In this document: piece after piece, positions 29,406 to 37,959 of the stretch
Position numbering within the stretch: position 1 is the stretch's first letter
How the letters are laid out: each line of letters begins with the position of its first letter
From: Bdellovibrionota bacterium
GTDB lineage: Bacteria > Bdellovibrionota_C > UBA2361 > OMII01
Reading direction: 5' to 3'
Assembly: GCA_044345405.1 (NCBI GenBank)
Contig: JBIJBE010000035.1
Span: 1 to 40,484, forward strand
Length of the DNA: 40,484 nt
Made by a program: the position numbers and the translations under genes
Notes under the pieces: model-generated
Seen by the model: only the letters and a program-made list of their open reading frames with translations
The model's database searches: none
What the model was told of the DNA's origin: nothing

Positions 29406-29460
29406 CTGATCTCCGCGTGACCGTGCACGTGGCACCGGCTCGAATCTTACCCCCGTTCCC

Positions 29461-29648
29461 CACGTGAACGTGCTCATAAACGTGAACGTGAACGTACCCG
29501 AAAAGTTTTCTCGTTTTCGATACTGTTACGAGGATACTGCAGAAAGTTACGCCGTGGACTTCAACCATCTACCGAACACGGCAGATCGGGGTCGGGTACG
29601 TTCACGTTTACGTGCATGTTCACGTTTACGTGCATGTTCACGTTCACG
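29461..29648. repeat. Inverted pair of degenerate CGTGAA hexamer arrays between convergent genes
   Basis: 29461-29501 ends AACGTGAACGTACCCGA and 29592-29648 begins with its exact complement. The right arm contains GTTCACGTTTACGTGCAT twice. Confidence 0.8.
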
Positions 29649-29672
29649 ACCAAACCAAATCCCAGGAGCCAT

Positions 29673-29713
29673 AAAAAAATCCCGTGAACGTGCCTACGCA
29701 CCTTCACGGGATT
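29673..29713 (-). terminator. Intrinsic terminator
   Basis: Minus strand ATCCCGTGAA-GGTGCGTAGGCACG-TTCACGGGAT followed by a T run. Confidence 0.85.
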
Positions 29714-29740
29714 ACTGGCTTTCGCAAGAAAGAGATACGC

Positions 29741-30100
29741 TTACTTGTAGATCGCCAAGACAGCCGAAACCAGAACGAGGACCGGAACAGCGACCCAGAA
29801 CTTCTTAGCCAATTGAGCCTTCTTGTACGCGATAGCGACGAACGCTCCCAAGGCGAGCCAGATTACGATCTTACCGATCACCCATCCTGGAGGGCTATAG
29901 ATGCCCATCTTCGCGAGCATTCCAAATCCGGCCACAACGAGGAGAAGAAGCCCGACGCCGTGCGTAATCATGGTGCCTCGTCTGAAGGCATCCGACTGCT
30001 TGGTACCACCGTTGATAACGTGGTGAATGATTCCTCCAAGGGAGAGAACGACCAATGACAAACCTAATAGGTGAAGAATCTTGTAGAATTCGTAGCTCAT
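29741..30100 (-). CDS. Small 4-TM membrane protein (SirB2/DUF2269-like)
   Basis: YKILHL.G, HGVGLLL...GFG, W..GK; GAGG RBS. Confidence 0.8.
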   Translation of the reverse strand: MSYEFYKILHLLGLSLVVLSLGGIIHHVINGGTKQSDAFRRGTMITHGVGLLLLVVAGFGMLAKMGIYSPPGWVIGKIVIWLALGAFVAIAYKKAQLAKKFWVAVPVLVLVSAVLAIYK

Positions 30101-30388
30101 GGAACCTCGTGAAATGGGTAAGACCTAGCCCTTATGCCTCAAATAGCCCCGGAGGTCCAGGTCCGCTTTTAGGCTCAACCCCCTTGAGACCCTCCCTGTT
30201 CCGGGCTACCCTTACACCACTATCACTAGCCCTCCCCCGGTGGTCCGTCTCCAAGGTAAATACCTTGCGATGCTCGATACCTAAGCGCGCTCAAGTAAGA
30301 GTCCAGCGCACCGTGCTACGGGTCGGGGATGGTATATTTTTTGAACGCTCGCCACAGCGCGAACAACACGTCGACCCAGGGTTACTGT

Positions 30389-31903
30389 ATGAGCTCCAAC
30401 GATATCCTTCCGAAACTCGTCTCTCTCACGAAGCGTCGTGGCTTCATCTTCCAGAGCAGTGAGATCTACGGTGGATTGAAGAGTGCCTACGACTACGGTC
30501 CCCTTGGTGTCGAGCTCAAGCGAAACATCGCCGCTGAGTGGTGGAAACACATGGTTCATGAGCGCGAGGATGTCGTTGGTATCGACGCCTCGATCATGAT
30601 GCACCCGAGCGTTTGGAAGGCGAGCGGTCACCTAGCCGGCTTCTCCGATCCCCTCGTCGACTGCCTCAACTGCAAAGAGCGCTTCCGCGCCGACAAAGCT
30701 CCGCAGATGGAGCCAGGCACGGCTATCAACTGGGTCAAGGGTGGTAAGTCGAGCGGTGAAAAGACCGCGGGCACCGTTGGTGCCTGTGGCTATGTATGTC
30801 CTCATTGCGGAAGCTCACAACTCTCAGATGAGCGTCAGTTCAACCTGATGTTCAAGACCTCTATCGGGCCGGTGGATCCCCTTGATCAGTTTTTGAACGA
30901 AATTCACGACAAGCAGCTCTCCCGCGCCCAACTTCGAGAGAAGCTTGAGGAGGCTGTAAAGTCCAGCGCAATCTATCTCCGGCCAGAGACAGCTCAGGCG
31001 ATGTTTGTTCAGTTCCTCAACGTGCAACAAACGATGTCGATGAAGGTTCCGTTCGGCATCGCGCAACAAGGAAAGTCATTCCGTAACGAGGTAACAACCG
31101 AGAAGTTCATCTTCCGAACCTGTGAGTTCGAGCAGATGGAGATGGAGTTCTTCTGCGAGCCAGGCACTCAGAAGGAGTGGCTCAAATACTGGACCGAAAC
31201 CCGCATGGGGTGGTGGCAACGGTACGCGAACAACAAGTCAGCCTTCCGACTTCGACAACACGAACAGGATGAGCTGGCGCACTACGCCGATGACTGCTAC
31301 GACATCGACTACCAGTACCCTTGGGGCTGGGATGAGCTTGAGGGTGTCGCTTCACGAACGGACTACGACCTCACGAAACACGCCGAGGAATCGGGTGTTA
31401 AACTGAGCTACTTCGACCAGCAGAAGATCGATCCCGCAACCGGAAAGCCCGGCGTTCGATACATCCCGTACGTTATCGAACCAGCCGCTGGTCTTACCCG
31501 AGCGTGCCTCGCCTACCTCTGTGACGCCTACGCCGAGGAGGAAGGCGTTGACGCCGATGGACAAACGAAGACCCGCGTTTTGTTGAAGCTCCACCCCCGC
31601 CTCGCGCCGTTCAAGGTCGCGGTACTTCCTCTCTTCAAGAAGGAGGGGATGCCAGAGGTTGGTCGCAAGATCGTAGCTGACTTCTTCAAGGCCGGCATCA
31701 ACGCCAGCTACGACGACGCGCAGTCGATCGGAAAGCGGTACGCCCGTCACGACGAGGTTGGCACTCCGTACTGTTTAACCGTTGACCATCAGACGCTTCA
31801 GGACAACACTGTGACGATCCGAGATCGTGACACCACGAAGCAAGAGCGCATCAGCGTTGATCGAGCCCTTGAGGTTGTGAAGGAGCGCATCAATAATTCG
31901 TAA
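30389..31903 (+). CDS. glyQS: Glycine--tRNA ligase, homodimeric alpha2 type
   Basis: KRRGF..SSEIYGG...YDYGPLG, ASGH..FSDP, YLRPETAQ, GKSFRNE, REFEQME-like, VIEPAAG, SIGKRY.R.DEVGTPYC.TVD. Start moved to ATG 30389. Confidence 0.97.
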   Translation: MSSNDILPKLVSLTKRRGFIFQSSEIYGGLKSAYDYGPLGVELKRNIAAEWWKHMVHEREDVVGIDASIMMHPSVWKASGHLAGFSDPLVDCLNCKERFRADKAPQMEPGTAINWVKGGKSSGEKTAGTVGACGYVCPHCGSSQLSDERQFNLMFKTSIGPVDPLDQFLNEIHDKQLSRAQLREKLEEAVKSSAIYLRPETAQAMFVQFLNVQQTMSMKVPFGIAQQGKSFRNEVTTEKFIFRTCEFEQMEMEFFCEPGTQKEWLKYWTETRMGWWQRYANNKSAFRLRQHEQDELAHYADDCYDIDYQYPWGWDELEGVASRTDYDLTKHAEESGVKLSYFDQQKIDPATGKPGVRYIPYVIEPAAGLTRACLAYLCDAYAEEEGVDADGQTKTRVLLKLHPRLAPFKVAVLPLFKKEGMPEVGRKIVADFFKAGINASYDDAQSIGKRYARHDEVGTPYCLTVDHQTLQDNTVTIRDRDTTKQERISVDRALEVVKERINNS

Positions 31904-31915
31904 GGAATACTATCC

Positions 31916-33358
31916 ATGACGTATCAACGAGAGAGAGGGGGTGGCGGTTTTTTAGCTTTCCTTACGATTCTCTTTTTCTCAATCGTCGCGGCTGGTCTCC
32001 TTACCTTCTCCGAGATAACGAAGGTCAACCCATTTGAAATCGCCTTCTTCGAGGAGGAGCCACCTGTAATCGCCTGGGAACGCGAACCCGCGGGTCTTGG
32101 CGGAGACCCGGTGCCGATAGCACTCAAGGTCACGGACGCCGGCAGCGGACTCGATGAGGTGCTCGTACGGATCTCACAGAACAACCAGCCCCGAGAGCTC
32201 GTGCGAAAGCGCGCGCTGGGAGGGACCAACGCACAAGCGATAACGATCGACCTTAATCCGAAGGAGCTCGGCCTCCGTGAGGGAAAGGCGGAGCTTCAGA
32301 TATTGGCGTTCGACCAGTCCCTGTGGAGCAACGGATCCAAAATCACGAAGAGTCTCGTCGTGGATTTCTTGAAGCCTCGAATCGAGGTGATCACTCCGCA
32401 ACAAAACGGCGTGATCGGAGGATCGGAGCTCGTCTTCTACAAGGTGATAGGAAAGACACCTGACTCTCAAGGGGTGTTCTCCGATGGCACCCTCTACCCA
32501 GGCTTCCCAGCAAAGTACTGGGACCCATCGTTCAAAAGCTATGACGACCTCTACCTCACCTTCTACCCCATTCCGCAGGATTTTGACGACTCAAAGGACG
32601 CGATGTCCCTCCTCGCCAGGGACGCGATAGGTAATATCGCCACGGCGCACTTTAACTACAAAACGAGGCCGAGACGGTGGGGCTCCTTCACCTTCGCCCT
32701 CGACACCGCGAAGGGAGAGGCTCTCAAGAACTCGCTCGCGAGCCACCCCTCTAATGAATCGATCAAGGCTCGCTTCTCGGGCGATCTCATGACCGACCTG
32801 CGCTTCCTCATTAAGACGTCCGGACGACACGATGAGAGCGTCTTGAGCGATCCGCTCAGCCAAACCGAGGGACGGAAGTTATGGAATGGGACCTTCACAC
32901 GCCCCGTATCGTCCTATCCTTCCAATTCAGCTGGAGACCAACGGACAATAACGCTTAACGGACAGGAGCTCGTTAAGGGCCCCGCCGTCGGCGCTCGTTT
33001 TCAAGTATCCAATCGACAGAAGGTCACAGCGTCAAACAGCGGTCGAGTCACCTTCGTCGACACCCTTCCTCTGAACGGCACGACAATCGTGATCGATCAC
33101 GGGTTCGGACTCGCCTCGGTGTACGCGCACCTCTCGAGCGCCGATGTAAAACCAGGCGACGAGGTCACCAAGGGACAAACGATAGGTCAAACTGGCACAT
33201 CCGGACTCGCGCAATCAGAGGAGATCTATTTCGAGCTACGACTTCACGGCGTGGCCGTATCACCGAACGAGTGGTGGGACGACACCTGGATCTCCGATCA
33301 CATCCAGAACAAGACAGCCTTCGTTCAACGAACCCTTATCGGCGAGCCGGGGGAATAA
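31916..33358 (+). CDS. Membrane-anchored M23/LytM-domain protein lacking the Zn ligands
   Basis: N-terminal TM; Ig-like region (VTD..SGL); GTTIVIDHGFGL.S.YAHLS...V..GD.V.KGQ.IG.TG.SG; P.EWWD. Confidence 0.88.
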   Translation: MTYQRERGGGGFLAFLTILFFSIVAAGLLTFSEITKVNPFEIAFFEEEPPVIAWEREPAGLGGDPVPIALKVTDAGSGLDEVLVRISQNNQPRELVRKRALGGTNAQAITIDLNPKELGLREGKAELQILAFDQSLWSNGSKITKSLVVDFLKPRIEVITPQQNGVIGGSELVFYKVIGKTPDSQGVFSDGTLYPGFPAKYWDPSFKSYDDLYLTFYPIPQDFDDSKDAMSLLARDAIGNIATAHFNYKTRPRRWGSFTFALDTAKGEALKNSLASHPSNESIKARFSGDLMTDLRFLIKTSGRHDESVLSDPLSQTEGRKLWNGTFTRPVSSYPSNSAGDQRTITLNGQELVKGPAVGARFQVSNRQKVTASNSGRVTFVDTLPLNGTTIVIDHGFGLASVYAHLSSADVKPGDEVTKGQTIGQTGTSGLAQSEEIYFELRLHGVAVSPNEWWDDTWISDHIQNKTAFVQRTLIGEPGE

Positions 33359-33364
33359 CGAAAA

Positions 33365-33736
33365 CTACGCTAACTGCTTTACGCGGTGTCGAGCCTGCGA
33401 CTCGATCCTCGAACACATCAACACGCACAACGACGCGACTGTGGGATCCGCTATGGTGTATCGGGCGAAATTACCCTCACGCTCACGCGCCACAAATCCC
33501 CCGAGCAGAAGCGTCCCTAAATGCTTTGACACATTCCCCTGCCGCATACCGGTCGCCTCAATAAGCTCCGATACCGTCATCGGTCGCTCAAGAAGAGCCC
33601 GTAACAATTTGAGCCGAGAGCTCTCAGCTAACATGCCGAACAGCCGAGCAACCTCTTCAAGGTGCGCGTCGGTCAGATTGACTTTTTTACCCCGCACCCC
33701 GGAAAGCCTCTTTTGAGCTTGATTTCTTACTGCCAT
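33365..33736 (-). CDS. ArsR/SmtB-family transcriptional regulator
   Basis: F..LA...RL.LL..L, TVSEL...TG..QGNVSKHL..L, V.R.REG..A.Y; C-terminal CxxxC. Confidence 0.93.
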   Translation of the reverse strand: MAVRNQAQKRLSGVRGKKVNLTDAHLEEVARLFGMLAESSRLKLLRALLERPMTVSELIEATGMRQGNVSKHLGTLLLGGFVAREREGNFARYTIADPTVASLCVLMCSRIESQARHRVKQLA

Positions 33737-33754
33737 ATTACTATATAGTAATAT
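33735..33754. promoter_or_regulatory. Perfect 20-bp palindrome, probable ArsR operator
   Basis: ATATTACTATATAGTAATAT in the 63-nt divergent spacer, touching the arsR start codon. Confidence 0.75.
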
Positions 33755-33799
33755 AGATATACGTAACGAGCGTCAACTTTTTTATCGTATGAGCCTCAC

Positions 33800-34378
33800 A
33801 TGACTAACGTAAGCCACGAAACTTCCACCACAACAGGAAACACCTCCCCTCGAATGGTGCGCGAGCAACAAGAAAACGCCCTCCTGCTGGACGTGCGCAC
33901 CCCAGCTGAGTTTGAGGAGGTTCATATCGAGGGCGCCATCCTTCACCCTCTCAACGACCTTAACCCAGCCCACGTTAAGAAATTAGCCGAAGGTAAGGGT
34001 GCCTGTTTCGTTATCTGTCGCTCCGGTGGCCGAGCCCGTCAGGCGGCCGAGAAGCTCGCGTCTCACGGGCTCCCCAACCTCCAGGTCATGAGCGGCGGCA
34101 TGCAATCGTGGGAGAGCGAGGGACTTCCAGTAACTCGGGGGCACGCGACGATCTCCCTGGAGCGACAGGTTCGAATCGCCGCGGGGGCTCTCGTATTCCT
34201 GGGCTCCAGCCTCGCCTACCTCGTCAATCCTAGCTGGGTTGCGCTCCCAGCCTTCGTGGGCGCGGGACTTATGTTCGCTGGAATCACCGATACGTGTGGG
34301 ATGGGCATGATGTTAGCGCGCATGCCGTGGAACAACCGCAAGCCGTCATCATCGAAACCAAGCTGTTGTTCGATGTAA
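33800..34378 (+). CDS. Rhodanese + DUF2892 membrane sulfurtransferase (YgaP-like)
   Basis: LDVRTPAEF...HI.GA, active loop CRSGGRA, GG...W, ISLERQV...AG, FAG.T.TCGM..ML..MPWN. Confidence 0.93.
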   Translation: MTNVSHETSTTTGNTSPRMVREQQENALLLDVRTPAEFEEVHIEGAILHPLNDLNPAHVKKLAEGKGACFVICRSGGRARQAAEKLASHGLPNLQVMSGGMQSWESEGLPVTRGHATISLERQVRIAAGALVFLGSSLAYLVNPSWVALPAFVGAGLMFAGITDTCGMGMMLARMPWNNRKPSSSKPSCCSM

Positions 34379-34395
34379 AAAAAACAGAGGCGCTT

Positions 34396-35820
34396 ATGTT
34401 ACTCCGTCAGATATTCGATCCCTACCTCGCTCAATACTCCTACCTCGTTGGATGTCAGAAAACGGGAGAGGCGCTCATTATCGATCCCGAGCGAGACGTG
34501 GATCAGTACAGAAAGCTCGCGGCGGAGAACGATCTTCGCATAACGGCCGTAGCGGAGACGCACATCCACGCCGACTTTGTGAGCGGAGGTCAGGAGTTCG
34601 CTCGCGACCGATCGATCCATCTCTACCTCTCCGCGGAGGGTGGACCGGACTGGACCTACACATGGCCCGGCAGTCGCCCCAACACGCACCTCGTCAAGGA
34701 TGGGCATATCTTCATGGTGGGCAACATCCGAGTCGAGGTCGTCCACACCCCGGGCCACACCCCTGAGCACATCAGCTTCCTGATAACCGACCTTGGCGGC
34801 GGAGCGAACGAACCGATAGCCCTCGCCACCGGCGACTTCCTATTCGTTGGAGATGTCGGCAGACCGGACCTCCTTGAGTCGGCCGCCGGGATGAAGAACG
34901 CGATGGAGCCATCGGCGCGCACATTGCGCGAATCACTCACCAAGCGACTCGCAACCTACGGTGACTTCCTACAGATCCTTCCCGCGCACGGCGCCGGAAG
35001 CGCCTGCGGAAAATCTCTCGGGGCGGTTCCTACAACAACGCTCGGCTACGAGCGACGTTTCAACTCTCCGCTCAAACTAGCCATCCAAGACGGCGAGGCG
35101 TTCGTGAAGGATATCCTGCAAGGACAGCCAGATCCCCCACTCTACTTCGCCACCATGAAGCGAGTGAACCGAGATGGAATCGCGGTGACGGGCGGGGTTC
35201 CCCAACCACCACATCTTACTCCGGATGAATTCAGACGGGTCGCCTCTGATAGCACCGTTCACATTCTGGATACGCGAATCGATCGCGAGGACTACGATTC
35301 GGGGCATATCGCTCGAAGTATCACCGCGCCACTGCGCACACCTTTTTTCTCAAACGCGGCGGGAAGCTTCCTGGAGCAGGACGACAAGATTGCGCTCGTT
35401 GTCGGTGATGCGGAGGACGCGGAGCTCGCAACGACACAGCTCTATCGTATCGGATTTGATCACGTGGTGGGATGGATCACGACGGGCGAAGCACGTGCCG
35501 CTGGGATACTCTCTGAACGAACCGCTCGAACGCCTTTCACAGCTTTCGATCCGCAGGAGGCTCGCCGAGAGGGTGAGATCATCGACGTTAGAACAACGGC
35601 GGAGCACCATCAGGCACACCTCGAGGGTTCACACTCCCTTCCCTATACACGGATGAAGGATCACGTCGCGAACTTGCCGAAAAATCGCCCGCTCTTTGTT
35701 CACTGCGCCTCAGGAAAGCGCGCTTCCCTTGCCACCTCGTTCCTACGAGCTCACGGATTCAACGCGATACACGTCGACGGTTCGTACAGCGACTGCGGCC
35801 TTGGTCGACAAAGCCGGTAA
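34396..35820 (+). CDS. Persulfide dioxygenase (MBL fold)-rhodanese fusion, CstB-like
   Basis: ETHIHADF, HTPGHTPEH, TGDFLFVGDVGRPD, PAHGAGSACG; a Cys-less middle rhodanese and a C-terminal rhodanese with CASGKRA. Start ATG 34396 (GAGG RBS). Confidence 0.92.
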   Translation: MLLRQIFDPYLAQYSYLVGCQKTGEALIIDPERDVDQYRKLAAENDLRITAVAETHIHADFVSGGQEFARDRSIHLYLSAEGGPDWTYTWPGSRPNTHLVKDGHIFMVGNIRVEVVHTPGHTPEHISFLITDLGGGANEPIALATGDFLFVGDVGRPDLLESAAGMKNAMEPSARTLRESLTKRLATYGDFLQILPAHGAGSACGKSLGAVPTTTLGYERRFNSPLKLAIQDGEAFVKDILQGQPDPPLYFATMKRVNRDGIAVTGGVPQPPHLTPDEFRRVASDSTVHILDTRIDREDYDSGHIARSITAPLRTPFFSNAAGSFLEQDDKIALVVGDAEDAELATTQLYRIGFDHVVGWITTGEARAAGILSERTARTPFTAFDPQEARREGEIIDVRTTAEHHQAHLEGSHSLPYTRMKDHVANLPKNRPLFVHCASGKRASLATSFLRAHGFNAIHVDGSYSDCGLGRQSR

Positions 35821-35826
35821 GTTCGA

Positions 35827-36612
35827 GTGGGTATGCTCGCCCTCCTTCTCGGTAGCTTCGTTGGGCTCTCCCTCGGATTAACCGGGGGCGGAGGATCGAT
35901 CTTCGCTGTGCCACTCCTCGTGTATGGTCTGAGCCTCGACTTCCGAGAAGCGGTTACCCTCTCCTTGGCGATCGTAGGCTCTACCGCGCTGTATGGAGCC
36001 ACGATACAGGCCCGTCGCAAAGTCGTGCTGTGGGGAGCGGGAGCGGTCTTGGGGGTCGGCGGTATACTTACAGCCCCACTCGGCGCAACGTTGGGACAAC
36101 GCGTCTCCGAACGCCTTTCACTCATGCTATTCGCCGGACTCATGCTCGTGGTGGGAGTACAGATGATCGCGGGTCGACGCGATATGGTGATAGCCGCGAT
36201 CGCGTGTCAACGAACCCCTCAGGGAGAGCTGCGATTTAGCTGGAGATGCGGAGCGAAACTTCTCACCACGGGTATGATAGCGGGAGTACTCTCAGGGATA
36301 TTCGGAGTTGGAGGGGGATTCCTTCTCGTCCCTACCCTCCTCATGGTAACCGGAATCTCGATCGACAGCGCGATGGCGACCTCGCTCGTCTCTATTGCGC
36401 TGATATCGGCCTCAGGATTCGTCGCGAACCTCGCCAATCTCAATCCTGAGAGGTTCGTTGTCGGAGGCGTTTTCTTGCTCGGCTCTATCGTGGGCATGAC
36501 CCTTGGGGCATCGGTGAAGCGCCACCTCCCTTCGAACACCTTACGAACAATCTTCGGCACGGTGATTATCGTGACGGCGCTTGTGCTTCTGGCGCTCAAT
36601 ACATTTCACTGA
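35827..36612 (+). CDS. Sulfite exporter TauE/SafE family protein
   Basis: GLSLGLTGGGGSI.AVP and SGIFGVGGGFLLVP repeats; A..TSL. Confidence 0.93.
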   Translation: MGMLALLLGSFVGLSLGLTGGGGSIFAVPLLVYGLSLDFREAVTLSLAIVGSTALYGATIQARRKVVLWGAGAVLGVGGILTAPLGATLGQRVSERLSLMLFAGLMLVVGVQMIAGRRDMVIAAIACQRTPQGELRFSWRCGAKLLTTGMIAGVLSGIFGVGGGFLLVPTLLMVTGISIDSAMATSLVSIALISASGFVANLANLNPERFVVGGVFLLGSIVGMTLGASVKRHLPSNTLRTIFGTVIIVTALVLLALNTFH

Positions 36613-36716
36613 GGACAAAAGAACTTTCGCTCGCGCCTCGCCTCACACAACAACAGGAAGAGCGAGAGCATCGAGAGAGGTTGGCCCTCCCTGAAGCCTG
36701 ACCTGAATGCCTATCC

Positions 36717-36777
36717 GTACTTTCTCTCTGTCCCTTTCTCTCTTCTCTCTGTCCCTTCTCTCTGTCCCTGGGCTACC
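36717..36777 (-). repeat. Downstream terminal motif of the HUH element with outward iterations
   Basis: Minus strand GGTAGCCCA-GGGACAGAGAGAA-GGGACAGAGAGAA-GAGAGAAA-GGGACAGAGAGAAA-GTAC. Confidence 0.85.
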
Positions 36778-36873
36778 ATATGAGCAGCGGGTAGAAGCAG
36801 GTCCAATAGCCACGGCAGCTCTGCAGTTCGACTGTGCTCGGTAAGGGACGTAACGCTCTAAAATAGGCTCGGT

Positions 36874-36887
36874 AGATACACGTATCC
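36874..36887. promoter_or_regulatory. Palindromic motif copy 3 (reverse complement GGATACGTGTATCT)
   Basis: AGATACACGTATCC, the exact reverse complement of 24448-24461. Confidence 0.4.
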
Positions 36888-36928
36888 GCCGCGAACCGGA
36901 GATCGCAAAGATAGAATAAAAGAGAAGA

Positions 36929-37915
36929 CTAGTGCCCAATCACGTTAGCAAGCTTCGGCATCGATGGTGGATATAACCCAGGCGGATACGGCACCGTTAC
37001 ATCCCCGAGCTTCCACCTCTCCCGCACTGTCCTAGCCCTCTGCATGAGCGCCTTAAAGAACCCGATAAACTCCACTCGAACTCTGCGCTTCTCTGAAAGG
37101 CACCACATGCGCCGGCCCGATCGCTTGGGTCGATAATTGGTATCGAATACCTGAGAAAGGAGCCGGTCTCTGCCGATCACTCGTTTCTTCTCTCGTACCC
37201 TATTCCTCTCAGCACGTGCCTCAAGGAACCTTATTCGTGCCAGCAGCTTCTCGTTCATCCTCTGCTGCTCCTCCGGTGAGTGATACCCGAACGCCTCAAT
37301 CCATGCGTTAGGTTCAAGGGTAAAGGTTTGCATCTCCCGAGAAACATTAAGTATATCCTCTGCAAGTTTCGTGTATCCCCGTAGGTTATTTGCATCCCGA
37401 GGGATCGGGGTAAACTGGGGTCGCCTGACACGCTTCCATTGACGGGTGAGCTGACCCGATTGAAACATCCTCCAGGAGGAAAACCCTGGGTATCGGTCAA
37501 TAGAGCTCTCTAAGTTATCCTTGGCTGGATTAGAATACAGGTATGCTATCGCTATCAGGGCTCTTAGAGGCGTAAGGACGATCGGGCTATCATAGCCTTC
37601 ACACCAGAGGGTTTTCTTATTTCGCCCCAGGAGTCTGTTAATCATATGAGCTGATTCTGCTTTGAAAAAGCGGAAGAAGGACTCTACGTGGTCGGGGTTT
37701 ATCACCACCATGACTAAGTGGACATGGGTCGCCTCGACGATCATGTGGCAGATCCGCACGGGATACAGCTCGCAAGCCCGTGCGAGGCAGCTTTTAATGA
37801 TCGCCTGACACAGCGGATTAGCAAGCAGCAGCAATCCCTCCTCCACGCTAAAGGTGCAAAACAGCACGCTCCCGTGAGGGTGGTATTTCATCTTCTTTTT
37901 TGACTTAGTTATCAT
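36929..37915 (-). CDS. HUH Y1 nuclease/transposase, RAYT/TIRYT-like (IS200 TnpA fold) with a long C-terminal extension
   Basis: HUH motif H64-V-H66, LW...Y.S, catalytic Y125 in YLYSNP, YPGFSSW (RAYT W/F-SS motif), C-terminal YPPGLYPP. Alternative start at 37891. Confidence 0.9.
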   Translation of the reverse strand: MITKSKKKMKYHPHGSVLFCTFSVEEGLLLLANPLCQAIIKSCLARACELYPVRICHMIVEATHVHLVMVVINPDHVESFFRFFKAESAHMINRLLGRNKKTLWCEGYDSPIVLTPLRALIAIAYLYSNPAKDNLESSIDRYPGFSSWRMFQSGQLTRQWKRVRRPQFTPIPRDANNLRGYTKLAEDILNVSREMQTFTLEPNAWIEAFGYHSPEEQQRMNEKLLARIRFLEARAERNRVREKKRVIGRDRLLSQVFDTNYRPKRSGRRMWCLSEKRRVRVEFIGFFKALMQRARTVRERWKLGDVTVPYPPGLYPPSMPKLANVIGH

Positions 37916-37959
37916 GCACAGCTATTCGGCTGGCGGGGGCGGAAGTTGCGCGGGAAGGT

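Noticed and set aside
36700-36716. ACCTGAATGCCTATCC resembling an IS91 oriIS beside the HUH terminus
   Set aside because: Only a short match, and the adjacent enzyme is Y1 rather than Y2; likely chance.
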